Below, one piece after another: positions 1 to 12,479 of a stretch of 64,000 bases of DNA. The notes beneath the pieces were generated by a model, which saw only the letters and a list, made by a program, of their open reading frames with translations, was not told the origin of the DNA and ran no database searches. This DNA comes from Macrostomum lignano (Eukaryota): the NCBI GenBank assembly GCA_002269645.1, contig NIVC01000633.1, positions 1 through 64,000 of the forward strand, read 5' to 3'. A program made the translations under genes and the position numbers. How positions within the stretch are numbered: position 1 is the first letter of the stretch; each line of letters starts with the position of its first letter.

Positions 1-3000
1 TGCCTGCAGGACACGGTTTAGCGCTTGTCGAGCCAGTCTTGTCGACGAATGATCCCGGTGGACTCGGTGTACACTTGCTAGATCCGGCGATCGCAAACGT
101 TCCCGCCTTGCACTTGGTCGGCTCGGAGGCGCCGTTGGTACACACGCTTCCAGCAGGACACTTGGTGCATTCCTTGGACCCCTTCTTGTTGGCGAAGCTA
201 CCCGGTGGACACTTAGTGCAGGCGCTTAACCCGGCTCGGTCAGCAATGCTTCCTGCCGGGCACTGGGTGCATGCCGAAGAGCCGACAGTTGAGATTGTTC
301 CAGGCTCGCAGTTCGTACACGCGGCCGCGCCTTTACCGCTCCACGTGCCTGCAGGACACGGTTTAGCGCTTGTCGAGCCAGTCTTGTCGACGAATGATCC
401 CGGTGGACTCGGTGTACACTTGCTAGATCCGGCGATCGCAAACGTTCCCGCCTTGCACTTGGTCGGCTCGGAGGCGCCGTTGGTACACACGCTTCCAGCA
501 GGACACTTGGTGCATTCCTTGGACCCCTTCTTGTTGGCGAAGCTACCCGGTGGACACTTAGTGCAGGCGCTTAACCCGGCTCGGTCAGCAATGCTTCCTG
601 CCGGGCACTGGGTGCATGCCGAAGAGCCGACAGTTGAGATTGTTCCAGGCTCGCAGTTCGTACACGCGGCCGCGCCTTTACCGCTCCACGTGCCTGCAGG
701 ACACGGTTTAGCGCTTGTCGAGCCAGTCTTGTCGACGAATGATCCCGGTGGACTCGGTGTACACTTGCTAGATCCGGCGATCGCAAACGTTCCCGCCTTG
801 CACTTGGTCGGCTCGGAGGCGCCGTTGGTACACACGCTTCCAGCAGGACACTTGGTGCATTCCTTGGACCCCTTCTTGTTGGCGAAGCTACCCGGTGGAC
901 ACTTAGTGCAGGCGCTTAACCCGGCTCGGTCAGCAATGCTTCCTGCCGGGCACTGGGTGCATGCCGAAGAGCCGACAGTTGAGATTGTTCCAGGCTCGCA
1001 GTTCGTACACGCGCGCGCGCCTTTACCGCTCCACGTGCCTGCAGGACACGGTTTAGCGCTTGTCGAGCCAGTCTTGTCGACGAATGATCCCGGTGGACTC
1101 GGTGTACACTTGCTAGATCCGGCGATCGCAAAACGTTCCCGCCTTGCACTTGGTCGGCTCGGAGGCGCCGTTGGTACACACGCTTCCAGCAGGACACTTG
1201 GTGCATTCCTTGGACCCCTTCTTGTTGGCGAAGCTACCCGGTGGACACTTAGTGCAGGCGCTTAACCCGGCTCGGTCAGCAATGCTTCCTGCCGGGCACT
1301 GGGTGCATGCCGAAGAGCCGACAGTTGAGATTGTTCCAGGCTCGCAGTTCGTACACGCGGCCGCGCCTTTACCGCTCCACGTGCCTGCAGGACACGGTTT
1401 AGCGCTTGTCGAGCCAGTCTTGTCGACGAATGATCCCGGTGGACTCGGTGTACACTTGCTAGATCCGGCGATCGCAAACGTTCCCGCCTTGCACTTGGTC
1501 GGCTCGGAGGCGCCGTTGGTACACACGCTTCCAGCAGGACACTTGGTGCATTCCTTGGACCCCTTCTTGTTGGCGAAGCTACCCGGTGGACACTTAGTGC
1601 AGGCGCTTAACCCGCTCGGTCAGCAATGCTTCCTGCCGGGCACTGGGTGCATGCCGAAGAGCCGACAGTTGAGATTGTTCCAGGCTCGCAGTTCGTACAC
1701 GCGGCCGCGCCTTTACCGCTCCACGTGCCTGCAGGACACGGTTTAGCGCTTGTCGAGCCAGTCTTGTCGACGAATGATCCCGGTGGACTCGGTGTACACT
1801 TGCTAGATCCGGCGATCGCAAACGTTCCCGCCTTGCACTTGGTCGGCTCGGAGGCGCCGTTGGTACACACGCTTCCAGCAGGACACTTGGTGCATTCCTT
1901 GGACCCCTTCTTGTTGGCGAAGCTACCCGGTGGACACTTAGTGCAGGCGCTTAACCCGGCTCGGTCAGCAATGCTTCCTGCCGGGCACTGGGTGCATGCC
2001 GAAGAGCCGACAGTTGAGATTGTTCCAGGCTCGCAGTTCGTACACGCGGCCGCGCCTTTACCGCTCCACGTGCCTGCAGGACACGGTTTAGCGCTTGTCG
2101 AGCCAGTCTTGTCGACGAATGATCCCGGTGGACTCGGTGTACACTTGCTAGATCCGGCGATCGCAAACGTTCCCGCCTTGCACTTGGTCGGCTCGGAGGC
2201 GCCGTTGTACACACGCTTCCAGCAGGACACTTGGTGCATTCCTTGGACCCTTCTTGTTGGCGAAGCTACCCGGTGGACACTTAGTGCAGGCGCTTAACCC
2301 GGCTCGGTCAGCAATGCTTCCTGCCGGGCACTGGGTGCATGCCGAAGAGCCGACAGTTGAGATTGTTCCAGGCTCGCAGTTCGTACACGCGGCCGCGCCT
2401 TTACCGCTCCACGTGCCTGCAGGACACGGTTTAGCGCTTGTCGAGCCAGTCTTGTCGACGAATGATCCCGGTGGACTCGGTGTACACTTGCTAGATCCGG
2501 CGATCGCAAACGTTCCCGCCTTGCACTTGGTCGGCTCGGAGGCGCCGTTGGTACACACGCTTCCAGCAGGACACTTGGTGCATTCCTTGGACCCCTTCTT
2601 GTTGGCGAAGCTACCCGGTGGACACTTAGTGCAGGCGCTTAACCCGCTCGGTCAGCAATGCTTCCTGCCGGGCACTGGTGCATGCCGAAGAGCCGACAGT
2701 TGAGATTGTTCCAGGCTCGCAGTTCGTACACGCGGCCGCGCCTTTACCGCTCCACGTGCCTGCAGGACACGGTTTAGCGCTTGTCGAGCCAGTCTTGTCG
2801 ACGAATGATCCCGGTGGACTCGGTGTACACTTGCTAGATCCGGCGATCGCAAACGTTCCCGCCTTGCACTTGGTCGGCTCGGAGGCGCCGTTCGTACACA
2901 CGCTTCCAGCAGGACACTTGGTGCATTCCTTGGACCCCTTCTTGTTGGCGAAGCTACCCGGTGGACACTTAGTGCAGGCGCTTAACCCAGCTCGATCAGC

Positions 3001-6000
3001 AATGCTTCCTGCCGGGCACTGGGTGCATGCCGAAGAGCCGACAGTTGAGATTGTTCCAGGCTCGCAGTTCGTACACGCGGCCGCGCCTTTACCGCTCCAC
3101 GTGCCTGCAGGACACGGTTTAGCGCTTGTCGAGCCAGTCTTGTCGACGAATGATCCCGGTGGACTCGGTGTACACTTGCTAGATCCGGCGATCGCAAACG
3201 TTCCCGCCTTGCACTTGGTCGGCTCGGAGGCGCCGTTGTACACACGCTTCCAGCAGGACACTTGGTGCATTCCTTGGACCCCTTCTTGTTGCGAAGCTAC
3301 CCGGTGGACACTTAGTGCAGGCGCTTAACCCGCTCGGTCAGCAATGCTTCCTGCCGGGCACTGGGTGCATGCCGAAGAGCCGACAGTTGAGATTGTTCCA
3401 GGCTCGCAGTTCGTACACGCGGCCGCGCCTTTACCGCTCCACGTGCCTGCAGGACACGGTTTAGCGCTTGTCGAGCCAGTCTTGTCGACGAATGATCCCG
3501 GTGGACTCGGTGTACACTTGCTAGATCCGGCGATCGCAAACGTTCCCGCCTTGCACTTGGTCGGCTCGGAGGCGCCGTTCGTACACACGCTTCCAGCAGG
3601 ACACTTGGTGCATTCCTTGGACCCCTTCTTGTTGCGAAGCTACCCGGTGGACACTTAGTGCAGGCGCTTAACCCAGCTCGGTCAGCAATGCTTCCTGCCG
3701 GGCACTGGGTGCATGCCGAAGAGCCGACAGTTGAGATTGTTCCAGGCTCGCAGTTCGTACACGCGGCCGCGCCTTTACCGCTCCACGTGCCTGCAGGACA
3801 CGGTTTAGCGCTTGTCGAGCCAGTCTTGTCGACGAATGATCCCGGTGGACTCGGTGTACACTTGCTAGATCCGGCGATCGCAAACGTTCCCGCCTTGCAC
3901 TTGGTCGGCTCGGAGGCGCCGTTCGTACACACGCTTCCAGCAGGACACTTGGTGCATTCCTTGGACCCCTTCTTGTTGGCGAAGCTACCCGGTGGACACT
4001 TAGTGCAGGCGCTTAACCCAGCTCGGTCAGCAATGCTTCCTGCCGGGCACTGGGTGCATGCCGAAGAGCCGACAGTTGAGATTGTTCCAGGCTCGCAGTT
4101 CGTACACGCGGCCGCGCCTTTACCGCTCCACGTGCCTGCAGGACACGGTTTAGCGCTTGTCGAGCCAGTCTTGTCGACGAATGATCCCGGTGGACTCGGT
4201 GTACACTTGCTAGATCCGGCGATCGCAAACGTTCCCGCCTTGCACTTGGTCGGCTCGGAGGCGCCGTTCGTACACACGCTTCCAGCAGGACACTTGGTGC
4301 ATTCCTTGGACCCCTTCTTGTTGGCGAAGCTACCCGGTGGACACTTAGTGCAGGCGCTTAACCCAGCTCGATCAGCAATGCTTCCTGCCGGGCACTGGGT
4401 GCATGCCGAAGAGCCGACAGTTGAGATTGTTCCAGGCTCGCAGTTCGTACACGCGGCCGCGCCTTTACCGCTCCACGTGCCTGCAGGACACGGTTTAGCG
4501 CTTGTCGAGCCAGTCTTGTCGACGAATGATCCCGGTGGACTCGGTGTACACTTGCTAGATCCGGCGATCGCAAACGTTCCCGCCTTGCACTTGGTCGGCT
4601 CGGAGGCGCCGTTCGTACACACGCTTCCAGCAGGACACTTGGTGCATTCCTTGGACCCCTTCTTGTTGCGAAGCTACCCGGTGGACACTTAGTGCAGGCG
4701 CTTAACCCGCTCGTCAGCAATGCTTCCTGCCGGGCACTGGGTGCATGCCGAAGAGCCGACAGTTGAGATTGTTCCAGGCTCGCAGTTCGTACACGCGGCC
4801 GCGCCTTTACCGCTCCACGTGCCTGCAGGACACGGTTTAGCGCTTGTCGAGCCAGTCTTGTCGACGAATGATCCCGGTGGACTCGGTGTACACTTGCTAG
4901 ATCCGGCGATCGCAAACGTTCCCGCCTTGCACTTGGTCGGCTCGGAGGCGCCGTTCGTACACACGCTTCCAGCAGGACACTTGGTGCATTCCTTGGACCC
5001 CTTCTTGTTGGCGAAGCTACCCGGTGGACACTTAGTGCAGGCGCTTAACCCAGCTCGGTCAGCAATGCTTCCTGCCGGGCACTGGGTGCATGCCGAAGAG
5101 CCGACAGTTGAGATTGTTCCAGGCTCGCAGTTCGTACACGCGGCCGCGCCTTTACCGCTCCACGTGCCTGCAGGACACGGTTTAGCGCTTGTCGAGCCAG
5201 TCTTGTCGACGAATGATCCCGGTGGACTCGGTGTACACTTGCTAGATCCGGCGATCGCAAACGTTCCCGCCTTGCACTTGGTCGGCTCGGAGGCGCCGTT
5301 CGTACACACGCTTCCAGCAGGACACTTGGTGCATTCCTTGGACCCCTTCTTGTTGGCGAAGCTACCCGGTGGACACTTAGTGCAGGCGCTTAACCCAGCT
5401 CGATCAGCAATGCTTCCTGCCGGGCACTGGGTGCATGCCGAAGAGCCGACAGTTGAGATTGTTCCAGGCTCGCAGTTCGTACACGCGGCCGCGCCTTTAC
5501 CGCTCCACGTGCCTGCAGGACACGGTTTAGCGCTTGTCGAGCCAGTCTTGTCGACGAATGATCCCGGTGGACTCGGTGTACACTTGCTAGATCCGGCGAT
5601 CGCAAACGTTCCCGCTTGCACTTGGTGGCTCGGAGGCGCCGTTCGTACACACGCTTCCAGCAGGACACTTGGTGCATTCCTTGGACCCCTTCTTGTTGCG
5701 AAGCTACCCGGTGGACACTTAGTGCAGGCGCTTAACCCAGCTCGATCAGCAATGCTTCCTGCCGGGCACTGGGTGCATGCCGAAGAGCCGACAGTTGAGA
5801 TTGTTCCAGGCTCGCAGTTCGTACACGCGGCCGCGCCTTTACCGCTCCACGTGCCTGCAGGACACGGTTTAGCGCTTGTCGAGCCAGTCTTGTCGACGAA
5901 TGATCCCGGTGGACTCGGTGTACACTTGCTAGATCCGGCGATCGCAAACGTTCCCGCCTTGCACTTGGTCGGCTCGGAGGCGCCGTTGTACACACGCTTC

Positions 6001-8195
6001 CAGCAGGACACTTGGTGCATTCCTTGGACCCCTTCTTGTTGCGAAGCTACCCGGTGGACACTTAGTGCAGGCGCTTAACCCAGCTCGGTCAGCAATGCTT
6101 CCTGCCGGGCACTGGGTGCATGCCGAAGAGCCGACAGTTGAGATTGTTCCAGGCTCGCAGTTCGTACACGCGGCCGCGCCTTTACCGCTCCACGTGCCTG
6201 CAGGACACGGTTTAGCGCTTGTCGAGCCAGTCTTGTCGACGAATGATCCCGGTGGACTCGGTGTACACTTGCTAGATCCGGCGATCGCAAACGTTCCCGC
6301 CTTGCACTTGGTCGGCTCGGAGGCGCCGTTCGTACACACGCTTCCAGCAGGACACTTGGTGCATTCCTTGGACCCCTTCTTGTTGGCGAAGCTACCCGGT
6401 GGACACTTAGTGCAGGCGCTTAACCCAGCTCGATCAGCAATGCTTCCTGCCGGGCACTGGGTGCATGCCGAAGAGCCGACAGTTGAGATTGTTCCAGGCT
6501 CGCAGTTCGTACACGCGGCCGCGCCTTTACCGCTCCACGTGCCTGCAGGACACGGTTTAGCGCTTGTCGAGCCAGTCTTGTCGACGAATGATCCCGGTGG
6601 ACTCGGTGTACACTTGCTAGATCCGGCGATCGCAAACGTTCCCGCCTTGCACTTGGTCGGCTCGGAGGCGCCGTTCGTACACACGCTTCCAGCAGGACAC
6701 TTGGTGCATTCCTTGGACCCCTTCTTGTTTGCGAAGCTACCCGGTGGACACTTAGTGCAGGCGCTTAACCCAGCTCGGTCAGCAATGCTTCCTGCCGGGC
6801 ACTGGGTGCATGCCGAAGAGCCGACAGTTGAGATTGTTCCAGGCTCGCAGTTCGTACACGCGGCCGCGCCTTTACCGCTCCACGTGCCTGCAGGACACGG
6901 TTTAGCGCTTGTCGAGCCAGTCTTGTCGACGAATGATCCCGGTGGACTCGGTGTACACTTGCTAGATCCGGCGATCGCAAACGTTCCCGCCTTGCACTTG
7001 GTGGGCTCGGAGGCGCCGTTCGTACACACGCTTCCAGCAGGACACTTGGTGCATTCCTTGGACCCCTTCTTGTTGGCGAAGCTACCCGGTGGACACTTAG
7101 TGCAGGCGCTTAACCCAGCTCGATCAGCAATGCTTCCTGCCGGGCACTGGGTGCATGCCGAAGAGCCGACAGTTGAGATTGTTCCAGGCTCGCAGTTCGT
7201 ACACGCGGCCGCGCCTTTACCGCTCCACGTGCCTGCAGGACACGGTTTAGCGCTTGTCGAGCCAGTCTTGTCGACGAATGATCCCGGTGGACTCGGTGTA
7301 CACTTGCTAGATCCGGCGATCGCAAACGTTCCCGCCTTGCACTTGGTCGGCTCGGAGGCGCCGTTCGTACACACGCTTCCAGCAGGACACTTGGTGCATT
7401 CCTTGGACCCCTTCTTGTTTGCGAAGCTACCCGGTGGACACTTAGTGCAGGCGCTTAACCCAGCTCGATCAGCAATGCTTCCTGCCGGGCACTGGGTGCA
7501 TGCCGAAGAGCCGACAGTTGAGATTGTTCCAGGCTCGCAGTTCGTACACGCGGCCGCGCCTTTACCGCTCCACGTGCCTGCAGGACACGGTTTAGCGCTT
7601 GTCGAGCCAGTCTTGTCGACGAATGATCCCGGTGGACTCGGTGTACACTTGCTAGATCCGGCGATCGCAAACGTTCCCGCCTTGCACTTGGTCGGCTCGG
7701 AGGCGCCGTTCGTACACACGCTTCCAGCAGGACACTTGGTGCATTCCTTGGACCCCTTCTTGTTTGCGAAGCTACCCGGTGGACACTTAGTGCAGGCGCT
7801 TAACCCAGCTCGATCAGCAATGCTTCCTGCCGGGCACTGGGTGCATGCCGAAGAGCCGACAGTTGAGATTGTTCCAGGCTCGCAGTTCGTACACGCGGCC
7901 GCGCCTTTACCGCTCCACGTGCCTGCAGGACACGGTTTAGCGCTTGTCGAGTCAGTCTTGTCGACGAATGATCCCGGTGGACTCGGTGTACACTTGCTAG
8001 ATCCGGCGATCGCAAACGTTCCCGCCTTGCACTTGGTCGGCTCGGAGGCGCCGTTCGTACACACGCTTCCAGCAGGACACTTGGTGCATTCCTTGGACCC
8101 CTTCTTGTTTGCGAAGCTACCCGGTGGACACTTAGTGCAGGCGCTTAACCCAGCTCGGTCAGCAATGCTTCCTGCCGGGCACTGGGTGCATGCCG
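1..8195 (-). repeat. Coding tandem array, 345-bp unit, ~23.7 copies in the window
   Basis: The unit recurs every 345 bp (e.g. ORF-track starts 6290, 6635, 6980, 7325, 7670, 8015). Each unit is 7 sub-repeats of 16-17 aa (17+17+16+16+17+16+16=115) with 12 Cys. Confidence 0.98.
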
Positions 8196-8880
8196 TTATG
8201 CCACTCGTGCTGTAAGAGCTGAATGTTCCTGGGTTGCAGACAATGCAGTTTTGATTTCCTTCTTGGTATTTGTAGCTTCCAGCAGGGCATGGCACGCAGA
8301 GGTTATTTGTTGTCACGCTTTTTTGATGGCCTACGGGACACCTTGGTATACAGTCATATCTTTGGCTACCTTTTTTATCATTAAAAGTTGGTGATTTGAT
8401 TTTGACGTTGCGACACTCTTTGCAGGCCATACTGTCGTATGGTTTATCGCAGTCAGTGCACTCTTTGTGACAATTAGGTTTGCAAATACCGTTTTTCAAG
8501 GTATAGTTTGCATTTTTGCATAGTTTTCTTTTTGTGACGACTAAGTTGAGAAAAGAAAAAACTTTGTAGCCTTTTCTAGAGTGCATCGAAAGTCTGGACA
8601 CGCGAGTTCGCTGGACTCCATGCACCGTGCTGTTAGGAGGCTTTTCTTCGTTTAAAATATTTCGCAAAAACTGTTGCGTCACAGTTTTTGGCAGTTTGTC
8701 TTTCAAGTTGGCGAAAGTTTCACGTTTGACCAGGGCCCCATCGGCGCCACCAGCTGCAGCGCCACCAGCTGCAGCGCCACCATCTCTTGGGTTTCGTTGC
8801 CCATATTCCGCTGTCGTCTTTCCGCTGGTGGCATCCAAGCTGAGGGTGAGCAAAATGAATGCCACTGACGCAAGTCTCAT
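1..8880 (-). CDS. Giant secreted cysteine-rich tandem-repeat protein (signal peptide, furin-like domain, GCC2/GCC3 ephrin-receptor-like repeats); 3' end lies outside the window
   Basis: ATG at 8880 in context cggaaaATGa starts MRLASVAFILLTLSLDATSG (hydrophobic signal peptide). It is followed by GGAAA repeats, LVKR and TKRK dibasic sites, CKPNCHKECTDCDKPYDSMACKECRN..CIPRCP (furin-like), then C-x-x-C-P-x-G-[ST]-[FY] repeats. The frame is open without a break from 8880 to ~6040, and the same peptide repeat continues across 1-bp indels to position 1. Recurrent differences between repeat copies are synonymous in this frame. Confidence 0.85.
8296..8520 (-). other. Furin-like / growth-factor-receptor domain IV-type cysteine-rich module
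   Basis: C..CH.EC..C..P.DS.AC.ECR..K..CIP.CP.G..(N)LC spacing resembles FU repeats of EGFR/PCSK-type proteins. Recognised by eye, no HMM run. Confidence 0.6.
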
Positions 8881-11800
8881 TTTCCGCAGTTGTCGGAAGT
8901 TGCAGATTGTTCCAGTTGATCGATTCACTGTTGTGTTTCTGAAGACTGAAGTTGTTTACGAGCTAGCTTAAAGGTACCGGAAAAGAACTACGTCTTTTAT
9001 TGCGATAAGTTCTTAGCAGAAAAAAAATTAAATTGAATAAATCGATTCCTACTGACTATCCCGCTAGCTGAGTTTCCTACAGCCAGTTTTTTTCCGATTT
9101 GAATTGCAGCAAAACTCGACAGGAATGTTGGACGCGGTCAAATTTCAAGTCGATCTGCGTTTTCTGCCGAACTTCTGTCTGCCAATAAGTTGCTTTTCCA
9201 ACGTTTTTTCTTTGCTGGTTGCCAGCGGAATATTTTTGAAACTTTTAACTACAAGTTTATTGAAATTCCAAAGGTTTTTTTGTTTTATCTGTTTTTTAAT
9301 TTTTTTTATTTTCGTAGATTTTTTGCCTGGTATACATGTAAGTACAACTTTGGTGCATTGCATGATACTACATCGCGTGATTTTAGTAAGACCTTAGTAA
9401 TTTGTAGATTTTAGTAAGAAAAATAATGCGTGCAGTACGGAAAAAATACAATCGATATGATTTGGCTAGCCATCGGTTGAGTACGTGTACTCAGAAAACT
9501 GCATAGTCCAAGAATTCGATGACATCCGTCTTTACATGCCTCTAATGCATGTGCATGTTGACGGTTGATGGCCTTGTCTTGCTCCGCAAAGCAATTCTTG
9601 CTGGACCGCATGTAACACACGATGCATTATGGTAAATTCCTGCTAAATTTACATCCTGGTAGAACCTACACGAACCTACGTGAAATACAGATATTGTATA
9701 TTGTACTTACAGTACCCCGTATGCATTAAGCCTGTAATATCCACGAAATTAAGCTCTACGTGTCTACCAGTGCCATATTAGGGTGCTCTCCAGTACGTGA
9801 ACATGCAAAACTTTCTTTGCTGAGAATGCTGTATGGAATGTGGCTCAAAATCAACTAGTAAGGCTGTCGCGCATTCCATTGTTTGCGTAAATTTACAAAA
9901 GTTTCAACGTACGAGCGTACATATGAAACATGCATGAACACAGACAGCGCGTTAGTGTCCGGATTCTCAGGTACTAAATTTCTAAAACAATGAACAGAAG
10001 TTTTTAACTTAAGCTGTATTTCTATGGGTTGGTTAAAATTATTTTAATTTATTAGCTTCCGATTTTTGTCTCTCGATAGGAAGTCAGTTCTGTGGTGTAC
10101 ATGTAATTTACTCGTAATTTGTATACAGAAGTACTGAAGCATTATGCATGCATGTATACATAAAAGTGCAGATCGTTACAAACAAGGACTAAATCTTTGC
10201 TCGCATTGTCTTTGAACGTATATACTGTTGTATTTTTATTCATACTTTTCCATGTCTGTTATGTTTTCTGCTCCGACCTGGAGCTGCTACATTTAAGTAA
10301 GAAGGCAATGGTTCGCTTAAGCGGTTCGAGCTATCGTATTGCTCCGGTTGATTAACTCCTCTTGGGATTCATTTTGTAAAAACTTTATTATAAAATAATA
10401 GGTTGTGCCCTAGACAACAAAATATTGGGCTGCGGCATACTCTGTGTCTTCTCTGTTAATATACAACAATGGGAGATAATACATAAGGTACTAGAGGTAA
10501 ACAATAAGCAAAATCACGATATTTATCGTGATATCGTGTACCGTGTGTATAGACTTATTGTCACTATCGTTTAGCATACTCGACTAGAAGCATTGTTTAA
10601 CGCTTGTAGCTATATGAATCTGCCATACTTGTAGTTATAATAACATAGGCGCGGTTTTATATACTAAAGGCTTGTTTACTTGCCTTCTCTCTCCGCCTCA
10701 CTCCGCCACGGTTCTAGCTACGCCTTCGCCAGCCTCAGCCACGCCACTTCCACTGTCTGTTCGAGCTCGATCGCTACGAGCACCGCCACCGTACGTTCAC
10801 CGCCATCACTTCGTCACCGTTGCCTCAAACTCATCGACCCACTCTGCCTTCTACCATCTAACTTATTGTTGTGTAGCCGCCAGTGCATCGTTTGCGAATT
10901 CAACTAGTACTTTGACCTATCTCTGTTAACCGCCCAGGACGGAATTAATAATAGCAAACCTAACTGTCCTCTCATACGTTACAATAAACAAAGTCTGCGG
11001 CCATTGCCCGCATCAGTTGCCATTACTGCCAAGTGCTACCGCTACAGAATTGCCTCGGCCGTATTTGTCTTCGTCGATTATCGAGGCCGCCACATTAACA
11101 CAGAGCCCGTTGCATTAAAGCCCATTAAAGAACCAACTTAAAATTTACGCTTGTGTGAAATCGGCTGCTGAGCTGGATCGTAGACTTATTCAAATTAAAT
11201 AAATTAACCGCTACACCAGATAAGACTTCCGTCTTAATCGTCACATTATTATCACGTTATATCCAGCAAGCTTCAGCTGATATTTCACACCGTCAGATAT
11301 GAAATTTACAAGCAGTTAGAATTATTAGGAAAAAAGATATAAATAAATAATAAAAAAAATAAAGTTAATGTATGCTATTCATTTTGCTTCGTTTTAGGTA
11401 TTAGCTAGAAACATTTTTAATGCTACACCGGATTTAGTAAATGTACGAGTTTAATTTAAAACAGTACTATAAGGGCCGATCGGCTCTTCTGGAGGCCCCG
11501 TGGTAAATTCGAGGCTGTTTGAGCTTTCTGTGTGAGGTTGTGTGGGCGCACTCGCGGAGTCAGCTAGTTCGCGACTATGCGGCTATCTTACCAGTACGTA
11601 CCATATACCAAGTCGTCGACGGCCTCGACCGGCGACCTGCTCAATGCGACGGCGCCACTGTGATGAATAACCTTTGTTTCCTTTCCTGCAATTACTTTTT
11701 CTATAATTAAATATTTTTTATAAAGTGTAAATTTACAGTATGTGGTGAGAAAGTATAAGTATGTGGTGACTGCGGGCTGCAACACAAGTCATTATTAACA

Positions 11801-12479
11801 TTACGCTACTACTACACTATGTGACAATAATTTTAATTTAAACACGATTTAATATGCATTCATGTTCTAAAATCTAGGCCCTACATACATGATAATTTTT
11901 ACTATTACAACCTGTTGGTGTTGGTTTTTATTATTTATGAAAAGCTTCAGAACATGTTTTATTTTAGAAGCCAAGCTTATGAAGCAACTATTTCTCCTGA
12001 TTAAATTGTTAGGCCTATTAAAGTGTTTATCAAATATAAGTAGAACATAGCTATATAGTATGGTAAAAACAAGTGAATTTTTTAACTCAGATATTAATAT
12101 TAGTCAAAATCATTTGACTGAGATCATAATAAATGAGTCAACATATTATAGTGAGGGCTCTATTGAAATTTTGAAAGTTTTTTTGCTATTTTTTATAAAT
12201 TACAATTTACAACAGCTTTCTACTAACCTATATTAACCAATATGTCCCATTATTATTTATAGAGAAAAAAATGGCTTTGCCTGCCTATATATTTCTTATT
12301 ATTAGGCCTACTAACAGCTATTAAGCCTTTATTGCTTAAAGACCATAGTTTGACCCTAATGCTATGCTTCTAATATTATATAGTAAAAAAATTATACCTA
12401 GTAAAAGTAGCATGGCTGCTATTTTTATTATTTATTTACTTTTATGAATATATTGATGAAGTGAAGTTTTTGACATTCT

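Noticed and set aside
39-8215. Long plus-strand ORFs (LPAGHLVH.../EEPTVEIVPG...) and the 71-aa MRSPDLASVHR ORFs
   Set aside because: These are antisense or alternative-frame shadows of the 345-bp array. The recurrent variants are synonymous only in the Cys-rich minus frame, which also has the signal peptide.
1-8880. Giardia VSP or ciliate surface antigen (contaminant) interpretation
   Set aside because: The repeat pattern fits CPxG[ST]F GCC2/GCC3-type modules and the contig continues seamlessly into animal-type sequence. The C-terminus needed for a definitive test is outside the window.
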